This document shows, piece after piece, positions 17,892 through 26,265 of a stretch of DNA of 26,279 nt (position 1 is the first letter of the stretch; the number at the start of each line of letters is the position of its first letter). Position numbers and translations under genes: made by a program. The notes under the pieces were generated by a model. That model ran no database searches. It was given only the letters and a program-made list of their open reading frames with translations, and was not told the origin of the DNA. The stretch is taken from the IMG/VR virus record IMGVR_UViG_3300012178_000018, positions 1 to 26,279 of that record; one strand, given 5' to 3'. Source of the stretch: a virus (Duplodnaviria > Caudoviricetes).

Positions 17892-17922
17892 ATAAAATAA
17901 AATTATCGTAAATAAAATTAGA

Positions 17923-18120
17923 ATGACAAATGTAACTACAATGACAAATCAAAAGTCAAAATCTGTTATTATTAATGCAGATGTACATGGTGAATTTAAG
18001 ACATTCTGTAAAGGGAAGAGTTTGAAAATAGGTGGTGTCATCGAGGATTTAATTAAAGTGTATTTAAATGATCCTAAAACCATACAAAAATTAATTGAAA
18101 ATTTGGATGACGTAGCTTAA
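17923..18120 (+). CDS. small ribbon-helix-helix-like DNA-binding protein
   Basis: KSVIINADVHGEFKTFCKGKSLKIGGVIEDLIKVYL fits the strand-helix-turn-helix pattern; alternative start at 17941. Confidence 0.6.
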   Translation: MTNVTTMTNQKSKSVIINADVHGEFKTFCKGKSLKIGGVIEDLIKVYLNDPKTIQKLIENLDDVA

Positions 18121-18734
18121 TGGATTCATATTATATATCACTCGATGTGTCAACAACCAACGTTGGAATGGCAGTTTGGAATTCTGATGGTAAATTAGTC
18201 GAATTAAAGCATTTAGAACTTAAGATCGATAGAAAAATTCAAGCCGAAGACAGATACATTTATAAAGCAAATCTACTTAGAGATTATCTTGTAAAATATA
18301 GATCATATATAGAAGAGGATTTAAAGGGTACAGTTGAAGATGTTTTCATTGAAGCACCTCTTAGTAACACACCGAAGAATATTAACACCACAGCGATGTT
18401 ATTAGGGTTTAACGGTATTGCATGTTACAAAATATATGAGATATTTAATATCATACCTAAAAAGATAAGTGTCTACGACTCCAGATGTATTTTTTGTCCT
18501 GAGTTTATAAAGGAAACTAAGAAAAGAGATGGTACTATTAAAAAAACCCTTTCATTTCCTAAAGGTTGGAAAAATATGGAAAAGAAAGAATATATTAGAC
18601 AGAAGGTTGAGAAATTACAACCTCAAATCGAATGGTTCTATACTAGAAATAACACTATCAAAGACTCTTCCTATGATATGTCAGATGCATATGCTGTGGG
18701 ATATGCAGGTCTTAAAGTTTATGAGTTAATATAG
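18120..18734 (+). CDS. RuvC-like Holliday junction resolvase
   Basis: RNase H-fold motifs ISLDVSTTNVG, VFIEAP and DMSDAYAVG. Confidence 0.8.
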   Translation: MDSYYISLDVSTTNVGMAVWNSDGKLVELKHLELKIDRKIQAEDRYIYKANLLRDYLVKYRSYIEEDLKGTVEDVFIEAPLSNTPKNINTTAMLLGFNGIACYKIYEIFNIIPKKISVYDSRCIFCPEFIKETKKRDGTIKKTLSFPKGWKNMEKKEYIRQKVEKLQPQIEWFYTRNNTIKDSSYDMSDAYAVGYAGLKVYELI

Positions 18735-19117
18735 TGGAATTATATAAATATAAAGCAAAAGTGATTAAAGCATATGATGGTGATACTATTACGTGTGAAG
18801 TCGATCTTGGATTTGAGACTAAAATGACGATTAGGGTTAGATTTGCAGGTATTGACACACCAGAGTTAAGAGGTGAGGAAAGAGAAGCAGGTCTAGTTGT
18901 AAGAGATATAGTTAGAGAGATTCTTCTAGATAAGATCATTTTTATTAAAACAGAAAAAGATAAAACTGGTAAATATGGAAGGTACATTGCAGATATATTA
19001 GTTCCAAATGAATATTTAGGGTCTAAATTAATTACTGAGTCTATCGATGCCGATGGATTAGTAAATTTAAATCAATGGCTACTTGATAATGATTATGCTA
19101 AAGTATATGGCAGTTGA
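18734..19117 (+). CDS. thermonuclease (staphylococcal nuclease) family protein
   Basis: VIKAYDGDTI, RFAGIDTPE, GKYGR.IA and LNQWLLDNDYA motifs; GTG start overlapping the TAG of the previous gene. Confidence 0.9.
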   Translation: MELYKYKAKVIKAYDGDTITCEVDLGFETKMTIRVRFAGIDTPELRGEEREAGLVVRDIVREILLDKIIFIKTEKDKTGKYGRYIADILVPNEYLGSKLITESIDADGLVNLNQWLLDNDYAKVYGS

Positions 19118-19425
19118 TAAAATTTGTTTATTTAATATTTTCTGAAGAAAGTGGTATCTATAAAGTTGGTGTATCAAAAAATCCAGAAAAAAGACTAAAA
19201 CAATTACAAACAGGCAACGGTGAGAAGCTGGTGTTGAAAAATAAATATGAGAGTGAACACTATAATCAAATAGAAAAGTACTTTCATAGTATGTATTCTC
19301 CAGAAAAAAAAGTGGGAGAATGGTTTGAGTTTACACTTGAACATGAAATGAGATTCATCACTGAATGTGAGAGAGTTGAAAACAATATTAAGTTATTGAA
19401 AGAAAATAAAAATGAGTTTATTTAA
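19114..19425 (+). CDS. GIY-YIG superfamily nuclease, T5orf172/MUG113-like
   Basis: FVYLI...YKVGVSKNPEKRLKQLQTGN...IEKYFH...GEWF; TTG start. Confidence 0.85.
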   Translation: MIKFVYLIFSEESGIYKVGVSKNPEKRLKQLQTGNGEKLVLKNKYESEHYNQIEKYFHSMYSPEKKVGEWFEFTLEHEMRFITECERVENNIKLLKENKNEFI

Positions 19426-19436
19426 AATTAAAGATT

Positions 19437-19913
19437 ATGCCTAGAAAAACTAAAGAACAAAAAGAAAAAGAGAGTAAAGCTAAACAACGTGTTGATGAGC
19501 TATTAAAAGGGATTGAATTAAAAACTAACGATAAAAAAATTGTTACTGATAGAGTTGCAATACTTGAAACTCAAAAGGGTGATAGTTGGATTGAGTCACA
19601 ACTTGATGCGGTTACCGATGAAAATGAGAAATTGAAAAGTGATTTATCTAAAGCAATGAGTGAGGCTAAACAAGCTAAGGAAGACTACAAAAAATTATTT
19701 GAGTCTAAGAATGCTCCGTCAAGTGCTCTGTCAACTGCACCGACAACAAATGCATCAAAATTAGATGGTACTAGAATTAGCAAGCTTCGAGGGTTTTTAG
19801 TTGAAATGGATAATCAGATGCGAGGTAAGAATAAAAATCGTACTCCAAATCCTGATGTTCGTGTAGCTTATGTTGTTAAGAAAATAATGGAAATATTTCC
19901 AGAGGTTAAGTAA
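19437..19913 (+). CDS. hypothetical coiled-coil protein (158 aa)
   Basis: Lys/Glu-rich heptad segment; no family recognised. Confidence 0.75.
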   Translation: MPRKTKEQKEKESKAKQRVDELLKGIELKTNDKKIVTDRVAILETQKGDSWIESQLDAVTDENEKLKSDLSKAMSEAKQAKEDYKKLFESKNAPSSALSTAPTTNASKLDGTRISKLRGFLVEMDNQMRGKNKNRTPNPDVRVAYVVKKIMEIFPEVK

Positions 19914-19942
19914 ATTATTATATAGTGTTGTATTTTTATTAT

Positions 19943-19971
19943 AAAGGTCTCCTTGACGGAGACCTTTTTTT
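19943..19971 (+). terminator. Rho-independent terminator
   Basis: AAAGGTCTCC (19943-19952), loop TTGAC, GGAGACCTTT (19958-19967); T run 19965-19971. Confidence 0.85.
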
Positions 19972-19983
19972 ATTGTATATTTG
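19953..19983 (+). promoter_or_regulatory. Bacteroidota-type primary-sigma promoter (-33 TTG / -7 TAnnTTTG)
   Basis: TTG 19953-19955, 20-nt spacer, TATATTTG 19976-19983; ATG 4 nt downstream. Confidence 0.65.
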
Positions 19984-19987
19984 ATAC

Positions 19988-21043
19988 ATGTTAAAGGGAA
20001 AGCAGTTTCACGGTATCATATATAGCATTTTTGAAGGGGATGTCCAAGGACATCTAGAAAGTCCACAATTGAAAGTGAACTGTCCGAAATGTCAACAAAG
20101 AGATGGATTAAGACAGCCCGATGGCAAATACAATCTTGAAATTAATACCGAAGATGAAGTGTTTAATTGCTGGAAATGCGAAGAACCAAAATTTTCAGGT
20201 CATCTATCCAAACTAATACGTTTACTTGGAACTAAAGCAGATTACGATCTCTACAAAAGTTATGCTGGTTCATATTACGATAGATTTACTTCTTTTGAAA
20301 AGAAACAGGATGTCGATGAAGTTGTTGATCTAACTATTGAACTCCCAAGAGAGTTTATTTCTTTCCATGATATGGACAATGAAAACCAAGAACATATTAA
20401 TGCATATATGTATATGGTTAATGAAAGAAAAATCACAAAAGATGAATTATTAAAATATAGGATTGGTTTTTGTACCGAAGGTAAATATGCAGGTAGAGTT
20501 ATTATACCTTCATACGATATTGATGGTATAGTAAATTACTTTGTTGCAAGATCGTTTAAGAAACAGTTAAAACCTCCATACATGAATCCTAAAGTTGATA
20601 AAGACTTGATAGTGTTTAATGAAGGTTATATCAATTGGGATTCAACTATTTACATAGTAGAAGGAGTGTTTGAAATGTTTAGTTTAGTTAATGCAGCACC
20701 ACAATTAGGTAAAACATTATCTAAAAGGATGGTATCGTTATTGAGTGAAAGAAAACCAAACGTTGTTATAGTGTTAGACCCCGATGCATATGTTAATGCA
20801 ATGAGAATATTTCAAACATTGTCGGCAATATATGGATCGAAAAGTGAAAGAGTGAAGATAGTAAAACTGAAAGGAAAAATGGATTTGGATGAAATAAGAA
20901 GAAATGTAGGAGAGGATAAAGTACGTGAATTAGTACGTGGGGCAACCCAACTCACTACAGATGATTACCTTAATCAAAGGAAGTACAGTAGCAAATATGA
21001 GTGGCAATCTAATAGATATTTTAGAGCTGATAGAAAAAACTAA
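19988..21043 (+). CDS. DNA primase (zinc-binding domain plus TOPRIM, DnaG-like)
   Basis: CPKC...CWKC zinc ligands, GRVIIP..D..G...YF.AR, YMNP, IYIVEGVFE and VLDPDA. Confidence 0.88.
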   Translation: MLKGKQFHGIIYSIFEGDVQGHLESPQLKVNCPKCQQRDGLRQPDGKYNLEINTEDEVFNCWKCEEPKFSGHLSKLIRLLGTKADYDLYKSYAGSYYDRFTSFEKKQDVDEVVDLTIELPREFISFHDMDNENQEHINAYMYMVNERKITKDELLKYRIGFCTEGKYAGRVIIPSYDIDGIVNYFVARSFKKQLKPPYMNPKVDKDLIVFNEGYINWDSTIYIVEGVFEMFSLVNAAPQLGKTLSKRMVSLLSERKPNVVIVLDPDAYVNAMRIFQTLSAIYGSKSERVKIVKLKGKMDLDEIRRNVGEDKVRELVRGATQLTTDDYLNQRKYSSKYEWQSNRYFRADRKN

Positions 21044-21593
21044 AAAAGGAGATAATAAAGCACAAACAAGACTCTACAAATATTATAAAAAAACATTGGA
21101 ACATTTTCTAAAAAGAAAATATCCTAAAAATTATGATTTTGAAGATGATGTTTCTGAAATAGCAATAAAGATTTTTGAGAAATTACCTACCTACGACAAT
21201 AGTAAATCCAAGTTTAATACTTGGGTTATTAATGTGGCTAAGAACTATATGATCGATAAAAGTCGTAAGAAGAAATTAGTCTATGTGTATGAGACTAACT
21301 ATGGCACATATTCAAATAGCTTAACACCAAATGAAACATCTCATAACGATATTAACATAGACTCTGAAACACTCTCAATTCATAATTCATGTAGACCAGA
21401 TGTTTCATGGGAAAATGCTGATAGCATATCTTATTTCTCGACCACTAGTGATAATTGTGTATTTTCTATGGTAGATATGAAATTGAAGGGTTATAATTAT
21501 TCAGAAATAGGTACTGAATTTAATTTAACTGAATCACAAGTATCTAATAAAATTAGTCATTATAAAAGTAAAATGAAAAAAAGAGGGGAATAA
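20997..21593 (+). CDS. RNA polymerase sigma-70 family (ECF-like) sigma factor; start revised from 20937
   Basis: LIEKTKKGDNKAQTRLY; region 2 EDDVSE..IKIFEKLPTYD..KSKFNTWVINVAKNYMIDKSRK; region 4 GYNYSEIGTEFNLTESQVSNKI. Confidence 0.85.
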   Translation: MSGNLIDILELIEKTKKGDNKAQTRLYKYYKKTLEHFLKRKYPKNYDFEDDVSEIAIKIFEKLPTYDNSKSKFNTWVINVAKNYMIDKSRKKKLVYVYETNYGTYSNSLTPNETSHNDINIDSETLSIHNSCRPDVSWENADSISYFSTTSDNCVFSMVDMKLKGYNYSEIGTEFNLTESQVSNKISHYKSKMKKRGE

Positions 21594-21602
21594 CCCCCTC
21601 TT
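21576..21602 (-). terminator. Rho-independent terminator for Hsp20, overlapping the last codons of the sigma gene
   Basis: AAGAGGGG (21581-21588) / CCCCTCTT (21595-21602); the A run at 21576-21582 gives the U tail on the minus strand only. Confidence 0.75.
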
Positions 21603-21604
21603 CA

Positions 21605-21988
21605 TTAGTTAATGTCTATTAATCTTTTCTTTAATTTTAGTTGATCTTTTGGGATTTCTATATGTAGAATTCCATCTTCCATTTTGGCGGTGATCTTATC
21701 AGAGTTAATGTCTTCTGGGAGCGTATAGACTTTTCTGAATTTACCATACGCACTTTGTCTAAGATTATATTTCTTACTCTCATCTTTTTTACGTTCACCT
21801 GAAATAATCAAACTATTATCTTCTATTTTTAATGTAATGTCTTTTTTCTTAAAACCTGCTAGTGCTAGATTCACATCATAAGTACTATCAGTTTCATAGA
21901 TATCACTTGCTGGTGTGAATGTTTCATTTGTATTATTCCTATCATCAAATAATACATCAAAAAGTGTGTTGTTTGTTCTTGTAAGCAT
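21605..21988 (-). CDS. hsp20: small heat-shock protein, Hsp20/alpha-crystallin family
   Basis: PASDIYETD..Y...LALAGFKKKDI......L.ISGER...YGKFRKVYTLPEDINSDKITAKMEDGILHIEIPK. Confidence 0.93.
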   Translation of the reverse strand: MLTRTNNTLFDVLFDDRNNTNETFTPASDIYETDSTYDVNLALAGFKKKDITLKIEDNSLIISGERKKDESKKYNLRQSAYGKFRKVYTLPEDINSDKITAKMEDGILHIEIPKDQLKLKKRLIDIN

Positions 21989-22030
21989 TTTATTTTGTTT
22001 TTTTTGTTAAATTAATTTATTAGAATTATT

Positions 22031-22045
22031 GTAATAATCATACCA
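22031..22045 (-). promoter_or_regulatory. possible degenerate sigma54 (-24/-12) promoter for Hsp20
   Basis: Minus strand TGGTATGATTATTAC versus consensus TGGCACG-N4-TTGC; GG-N10 spacing is right but -12 is AC, not GC; 42 nt upstream of the Hsp20 ATG. Confidence 0.3.
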
Positions 22046-22059
22046 ATTCTTAGAATATA

Positions 22060-22159
22060 TGACATTTAATGAATTTGTCAGTATTTAGTATTAAAGAAAT
22101 GTTATGAAACAAATTCATTATGACATTTCTGACAATCTATATATTAAGATGTCAGAAAT
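22060..22159. repeat. cluster of inverted repeats and TGACA/TGTCA boxes
   Basis: TGACA at 22060, 22121, 22130; TGTCA at 22076, 22150; perfect 12-bp IR 22067-22078/22109-22120; perfect 10-bp IR 22125-22134/22150-22159. Confidence 0.8.
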
Positions 22160-22844
22160 AAAAAAATATTTAGAAGAGAAAGAAGGACATAAAATAACGT
22201 TTAATGATTTAATTGAGGAAGCATTATTAGGTTATTTCAATATAAATTTAATTGATTTTAATGATGAATATGAGTATGAAAATGCTGAAGTTATTACTGA
22301 TGATCATTATCTAAATTATGGATATTATGTCTATGCATATATTGATCTAACAAAAAATGAGAAGATTGATATAGGAATAGATAAATTTAACTATGAACCA
22401 TTTTATATTGGTATGGGATGTTCCGAAAGAGTTACGGATTTTAATGAGAGAAGTGATGTTGTTTCAAATAAAATAGAAGAGTTAAGAGAAATTGATGGTT
22501 TTGGTTATAAAATATTAAAAGAAGGATTAAAGAAGTCTGAAGCATCAAAATATGAAACCCAATACATAAGTTTACTTGGAAGGGTTGATAAGAGTAATGG
22601 ATGTTTATTAAATAAAAATGCTGGTAATTGTAATGTTGTTGCATCAAAAGATAAATCACTAGATTTAGACAGACAATTAGCAATCCATATATTAGATGTT
22701 CTGAATAAATATAAAACAAAAAATAAGGCATCCAAGATATTAAACATATCCGAAAGAACATTATATAGAAAATTACATCAATATGGTATAGTTAGAGATG
22801 ATAAGAGTACAATAAAAAAATATTGTTTTAGTGAACTACCTTAA
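22104..22844 (+). CDS. LEM-3-like GIY-YIG nuclease with N-terminal RHH-like and C-terminal Fis-type HTH domains
   Basis: YYVYAYID...EPFYIGMG...R...E...L.N..AG; C-terminal KASKILNISERTLYRKLHQYGI; N-terminal IHYDISDNLY...TFNDLIEEALLGYF. Confidence 0.75.
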   Translation: MKQIHYDISDNLYIKMSEIKKYLEEKEGHKITFNDLIEEALLGYFNINLIDFNDEYEYENAEVITDDHYLNYGYYVYAYIDLTKNEKIDIGIDKFNYEPFYIGMGCSERVTDFNERSDVVSNKIEELREIDGFGYKILKEGLKKSEASKYETQYISLLGRVDKSNGCLLNKNAGNCNVVASKDKSLDLDRQLAIHILDVLNKYKTKNKASKILNISERTLYRKLHQYGIVRDDKSTIKKYCFSELP

Positions 22845-22863
22845 ATGTTAGATTCTGAATATG

Positions 22864-22895
22864 TTTGATTTATTGAAAATTTAATTCTATATTTA
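22864..22895 (+). promoter_or_regulatory. Bacteroidota-type primary-sigma promoter (near consensus)
   Basis: TTTG 22864-22867, 20-nt spacer, TATATTTA 22888-22895 (one mismatch to TAnnTTTG); 24 nt before ATG 22920. Confidence 0.5.
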
Positions 22896-22919
22896 CAGAA
22901 TAACAAAAAAATTAGTAAG

Positions 22920-25900
22920 ATGGTAAATATTATTTCCCACATTGCGGATATTCATATCCGTAAATCTCCTGCAAGACATGTAGAATATAAAAGTGTTTTT
23001 AAAAAACTTGTAAAAGACTTAAAAAATAAGAAGCCTGATAGAATTGTTATTGTCGGTGATCTATTTCATGATTATATTGACCTACAACCAGAGGCAACAA
23101 TACTTGCTGCAGATTTCTTAAATGATTTAGCTGATATTGCTCCAGTTAGAATTACTAGAGGTAATCATGATATTAGAAAAAAATCATTAAAAAGAATTGA
23201 TGCTATAGAAGCTATAGTACAAACCATTAAGAATCCAAATGTTATTTATTATAATGATACTGGCTTTTTTGATGATGATAATATTACATGGGCGGTTTGG
23301 AAACATGGTGAAAAAAATAATTCTCCTTGGAATAAAAGAAAGAAACCCACCGAAGGTAATACAGTAATTGATTTATTCCACGATCCTATACAAGGTGCTG
23401 TAAGCCCAACCAATTTTGAGTTTAATAATCAAAATCTTGTTGAGTCAAAACACTTCAAAGGTGATATTGGAATGTTTGGTGATATTCACCTACAGCAGGT
23501 ATTATCTCCTACTCAGGCATATTCTAGTTCACTAATAGAACAAAATTTTGCAGAGGGGGATGGTAAATTTCATGGTTATTTACTGTGGGATATAAGTAAA
23601 AAAGAATTTAAAACTGTTGAAATTAAGAATGATTGGTCATATAATACAGTATCGGTGAACACATTTACCGATTTTGATGAACTTGATCTCGATTTAGAGA
23701 ACCCAACTAAAAATAATAGAGTTCGTGTTGTGTGGAATACTTTACCTCAAGGTAGAACAACAGAGAATGAAAGAAAAGTAAAAGAGCATCTTAATGAAAA
23801 ATATAATATTGAGATGCTTACCAGTAAGAATGACTTCATTGAAGATGAAGAAATGGATGATGCCGATGATATGCAGTTGGAGAATATTCTGGATCAGAGT
23901 ACCCAACATGAAATATTCAGAAATCATCTAGAAAGAATTGGTACTGATGAAGAAACCATTGAAAGTGTTATTGAATTAGACGATGAAATAGCATCTAGAA
24001 TAGAATTAGATGAACTAACTAATATTCAATGGAGTATTGTTAAGCTATCGGGAATTAACTTTATGTCTTATGAAGAATTAGATATAAATTGGGAAGAGGA
24101 GGATGGTCTATATCAGATTACTGGTCTTAACACTGCAGGTAAAACAACCATCATGAAACTAATCACTTATATTCTCTATAATAAAACTAGAGAAACCGAG
24201 AGTAGAGTTAAATTTGGTGATAGTAGATACGTGAACAATCGTAATGGTGCTAAATATTGTCTTGGTTCTGCAGTTATTAACATAAATGGTCAGTACTTTG
24301 GTGTTAGAAGAATAACAACACTTGAATATAATAAGCAGGGTGAATTAAAGGGAGCACCTACGACTCTAGAATACTATAAATTATCAAGTGCCGATGAAGA
24401 ATTTTCAGATGATAACTCATTGTCAAATATGGTTGAAGATGACAGAGATTCTACTCAAGCTATTATCGAAAGAGGTATTGGTAGTTATGATAATTTTATG
24501 AGAGTGGTAATGACTACATCTGATACATTAAATGAAGTTTTATCTTCTGATCGTTCGGTATTCATTGATTCGTTGCTAAATGATAGTGGCTTAGATATAT
24601 TTGATACTAAACTAAATGCATATAAAGAATATCTTAGTGATCAAGCATCAAGTTCTAAACCAAGAGTCTATTGTAATATCGATAAAACACTGGAAGAGAT
24701 TGAGAAATTAAAGGTTGAGAGAGATGAGGTTAATAAAAAAATTGCTACCATAGGTAATACCGAAATTCCTGATGCTAAAAATCGTATATCTAAAGGTAAT
24801 GATTACATTACTGAGTTGACAAAAAAACTAAATAAGATTGATGATACTATCTATAATTTAAATGTCGATCAGGTAAAAGATGATATAAAAGTTTTAGAAG
24901 CCAATAATAAAGACCATATCCTACGTAAGAACAAGCTAGAAAAGGCTATAGGTGAGCTACAAGAGACTTACGATGAAGAGAGATACAAAGTATTGATTGA
25001 AGCGAAAGAAACTCATAGAGAGAAGGAATATGAGCTAAAATCGGAAGTAAAGGATCATAATCAAATCATCTATAACAAGGAAAGAGAGATCGAGACTATT
25101 AATGGTATAATTTATAGACTCAAGGAAGATGGTGCTAAGTACAAGAAAACCATCAGCGAGTTAAAGAATAGTAAAACTTGTGTTACTTGTGGTCAGGAAT
25201 TGGATGATGAGCATAAGAAACATATTGATGAGAAGGTTAAAGAAACAGAAAAGGAAATGTTTCAAGTTGTCGAAGATATAAAAGCAAATGCAACGAATAT
25301 CGAGGTAATCGTTGCAGAAATTGCGGAGAATAAGAAACATATGCAAACTTTTGAAAATCTAATTGAGCAAAAAAATCTAGATTTAGATGGTGTATTATCC
25401 GAACTCGGTGAAATACAGAATGAGATTAATGATGTGGAGAAGAGAAAAGAGTTAGTTATTGAGTTGGATAAGATTGATCCTCAAATTGAGATGAATAATC
25501 TTAAAATAGAAAACCACAATAAATCTATTAGTCTTTACAATAGTTCATTAAGAAATATTGAGGAAAATAAGAAGATTGAAATTGGTATTGAAAAAGCGAA
25601 GCAAAGAGTTGAAGATTTAAATACTGAACTACAAAATCTGAATGATAGTTTGTATGGTCAGAAATCAATACATAGTGATATTATCGAGAAAATAGAAGAC
25701 AATGAAATGCTTATTATTGATTTTGAAGAACAAGAGAAACATGATAATATTCATAAAATCTATAAGCAGTGTATCCATAGAGATGGTATACCATCTCAAT
25801 TGTTAAAAAGCTATGCTATACCTAAGATTAATAACGAAGCCAAGAATCTATTGGAAGGTGTTGAATTTGATATATGGTTGGATGATAGTGATTTAAAATT

Positions 25901-26219
25901 AAAACTAACTTATGGTGATTTAAAAACAACAATTGATGCTATTTCTGGTTCAGGTAAAGAAAGAACATTTGCATCGGTATGCTTAAAGTTTGCACTTAAT
26001 CAAATTAATGCTAAGTCTAAGCCAACAATCTTCTTACTTGATGAGGTAATGGGTAAACTTACCGAAGATAGTGTAGATGAATTTATCAGTATACTCGATT
26101 CTATTAAGCAACGTGTCAGGAAGGTATTAATTATTGAACACAATCATGATATTGGGTATGACTATTTAATAGATGTTCAAAAAAATGAATATGAGATATC
26201 ATCTTTAATTATTACTTAA
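22920..26219 (+). CDS. fused Mre11/SbcD-like phosphoesterase and Rad50/SbcC-like ATPase (T4 gp47-gp46 equivalent)
   Basis: HIADIH, VGDLFH, RGNHD, FH, GDIH; Walker A GLNTAGKTT; long coiled coils around the CVTC zinc hook; ISGSGKE signature region; Walker B FLLDEV; IEHN. Confidence 0.92.
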   Translation: MVNIISHIADIHIRKSPARHVEYKSVFKKLVKDLKNKKPDRIVIVGDLFHDYIDLQPEATILAADFLNDLADIAPVRITRGNHDIRKKSLKRIDAIEAIVQTIKNPNVIYYNDTGFFDDDNITWAVWKHGEKNNSPWNKRKKPTEGNTVIDLFHDPIQGAVSPTNFEFNNQNLVESKHFKGDIGMFGDIHLQQVLSPTQAYSSSLIEQNFAEGDGKFHGYLLWDISKKEFKTVEIKNDWSYNTVSVNTFTDFDELDLDLENPTKNNRVRVVWNTLPQGRTTENERKVKEHLNEKYNIEMLTSKNDFIEDEEMDDADDMQLENILDQSTQHEIFRNHLERIGTDEETIESVIELDDEIASRIELDELTNIQWSIVKLSGINFMSYEELDINWEEEDGLYQITGLNTAGKTTIMKLITYILYNKTRETESRVKFGDSRYVNNRNGAKYCLGSAVININGQYFGVRRITTLEYNKQGELKGAPTTLEYYKLSSADEEFSDDNSLSNMVEDDRDSTQAIIERGIGSYDNFMRVVMTTSDTLNEVLSSDRSVFIDSLLNDSGLDIFDTKLNAYKEYLSDQASSSKPRVYCNIDKTLEEIEKLKVERDEVNKKIATIGNTEIPDAKNRISKGNDYITELTKKLNKIDDTIYNLNVDQVKDDIKVLEANNKDHILRKNKLEKAIGELQETYDEERYKVLIEAKETHREKEYELKSEVKDHNQIIYNKEREIETINGIIYRLKEDGAKYKKTISELKNSKTCVTCGQELDDEHKKHIDEKVKETEKEMFQVVEDIKANATNIEVIVAEIAENKKHMQTFENLIEQKNLDLDGVLSELGEIQNEINDVEKRKELVIELDKIDPQIEMNNLKIENHNKSISLYNSSLRNIEENKKIEIGIEKAKQRVEDLNTELQNLNDSLYGQKSIHSDIIEKIEDNEMLIIDFEEQEKHDNIHKIYKQCIHRDGIPSQLLKSYAIPKINNEAKNLLEGVEFDIWLDDSDLKLKLTYGDLKTTIDAISGSGKERTFASVCLKFALNQINAKSKPTIFLLDEVMGKLTEDSVDEFISILDSIKQRVRKVLIIEHNHDIGYDYLIDVQKNEYEISSLIIT

Positions 26220-26265
26220 ATTGATTAGCAGAATACTCTAGATGTAATACTTTTAGTATCATGGA

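Noticed and set aside
17923-17949. ATGACAAAT direct repeat at the RHH start as an insertion scar
   Set aside because: Only 9 bp in AT-rich DNA; it simply gives two possible in-frame starts.
20937-20996. ORF-track start of the sigma factor at GTG 20937
   Set aside because: Gives a 107-nt overlap with the primase and an extension with no sigma-like character; ATG 20997 fits the ECF N-terminus better.
1311-25346. Short 60-106 aa antisense or alternate-frame ORFs (e.g. 1311-1493, 1812-2087, 5607-5834, 9671-9859, 14773-15084, 18712-18987, 22441-22761, 25161-25346)
   Set aside because: All are shadows of longer, motif-supported genes and show no recognisable motifs or expression signals.
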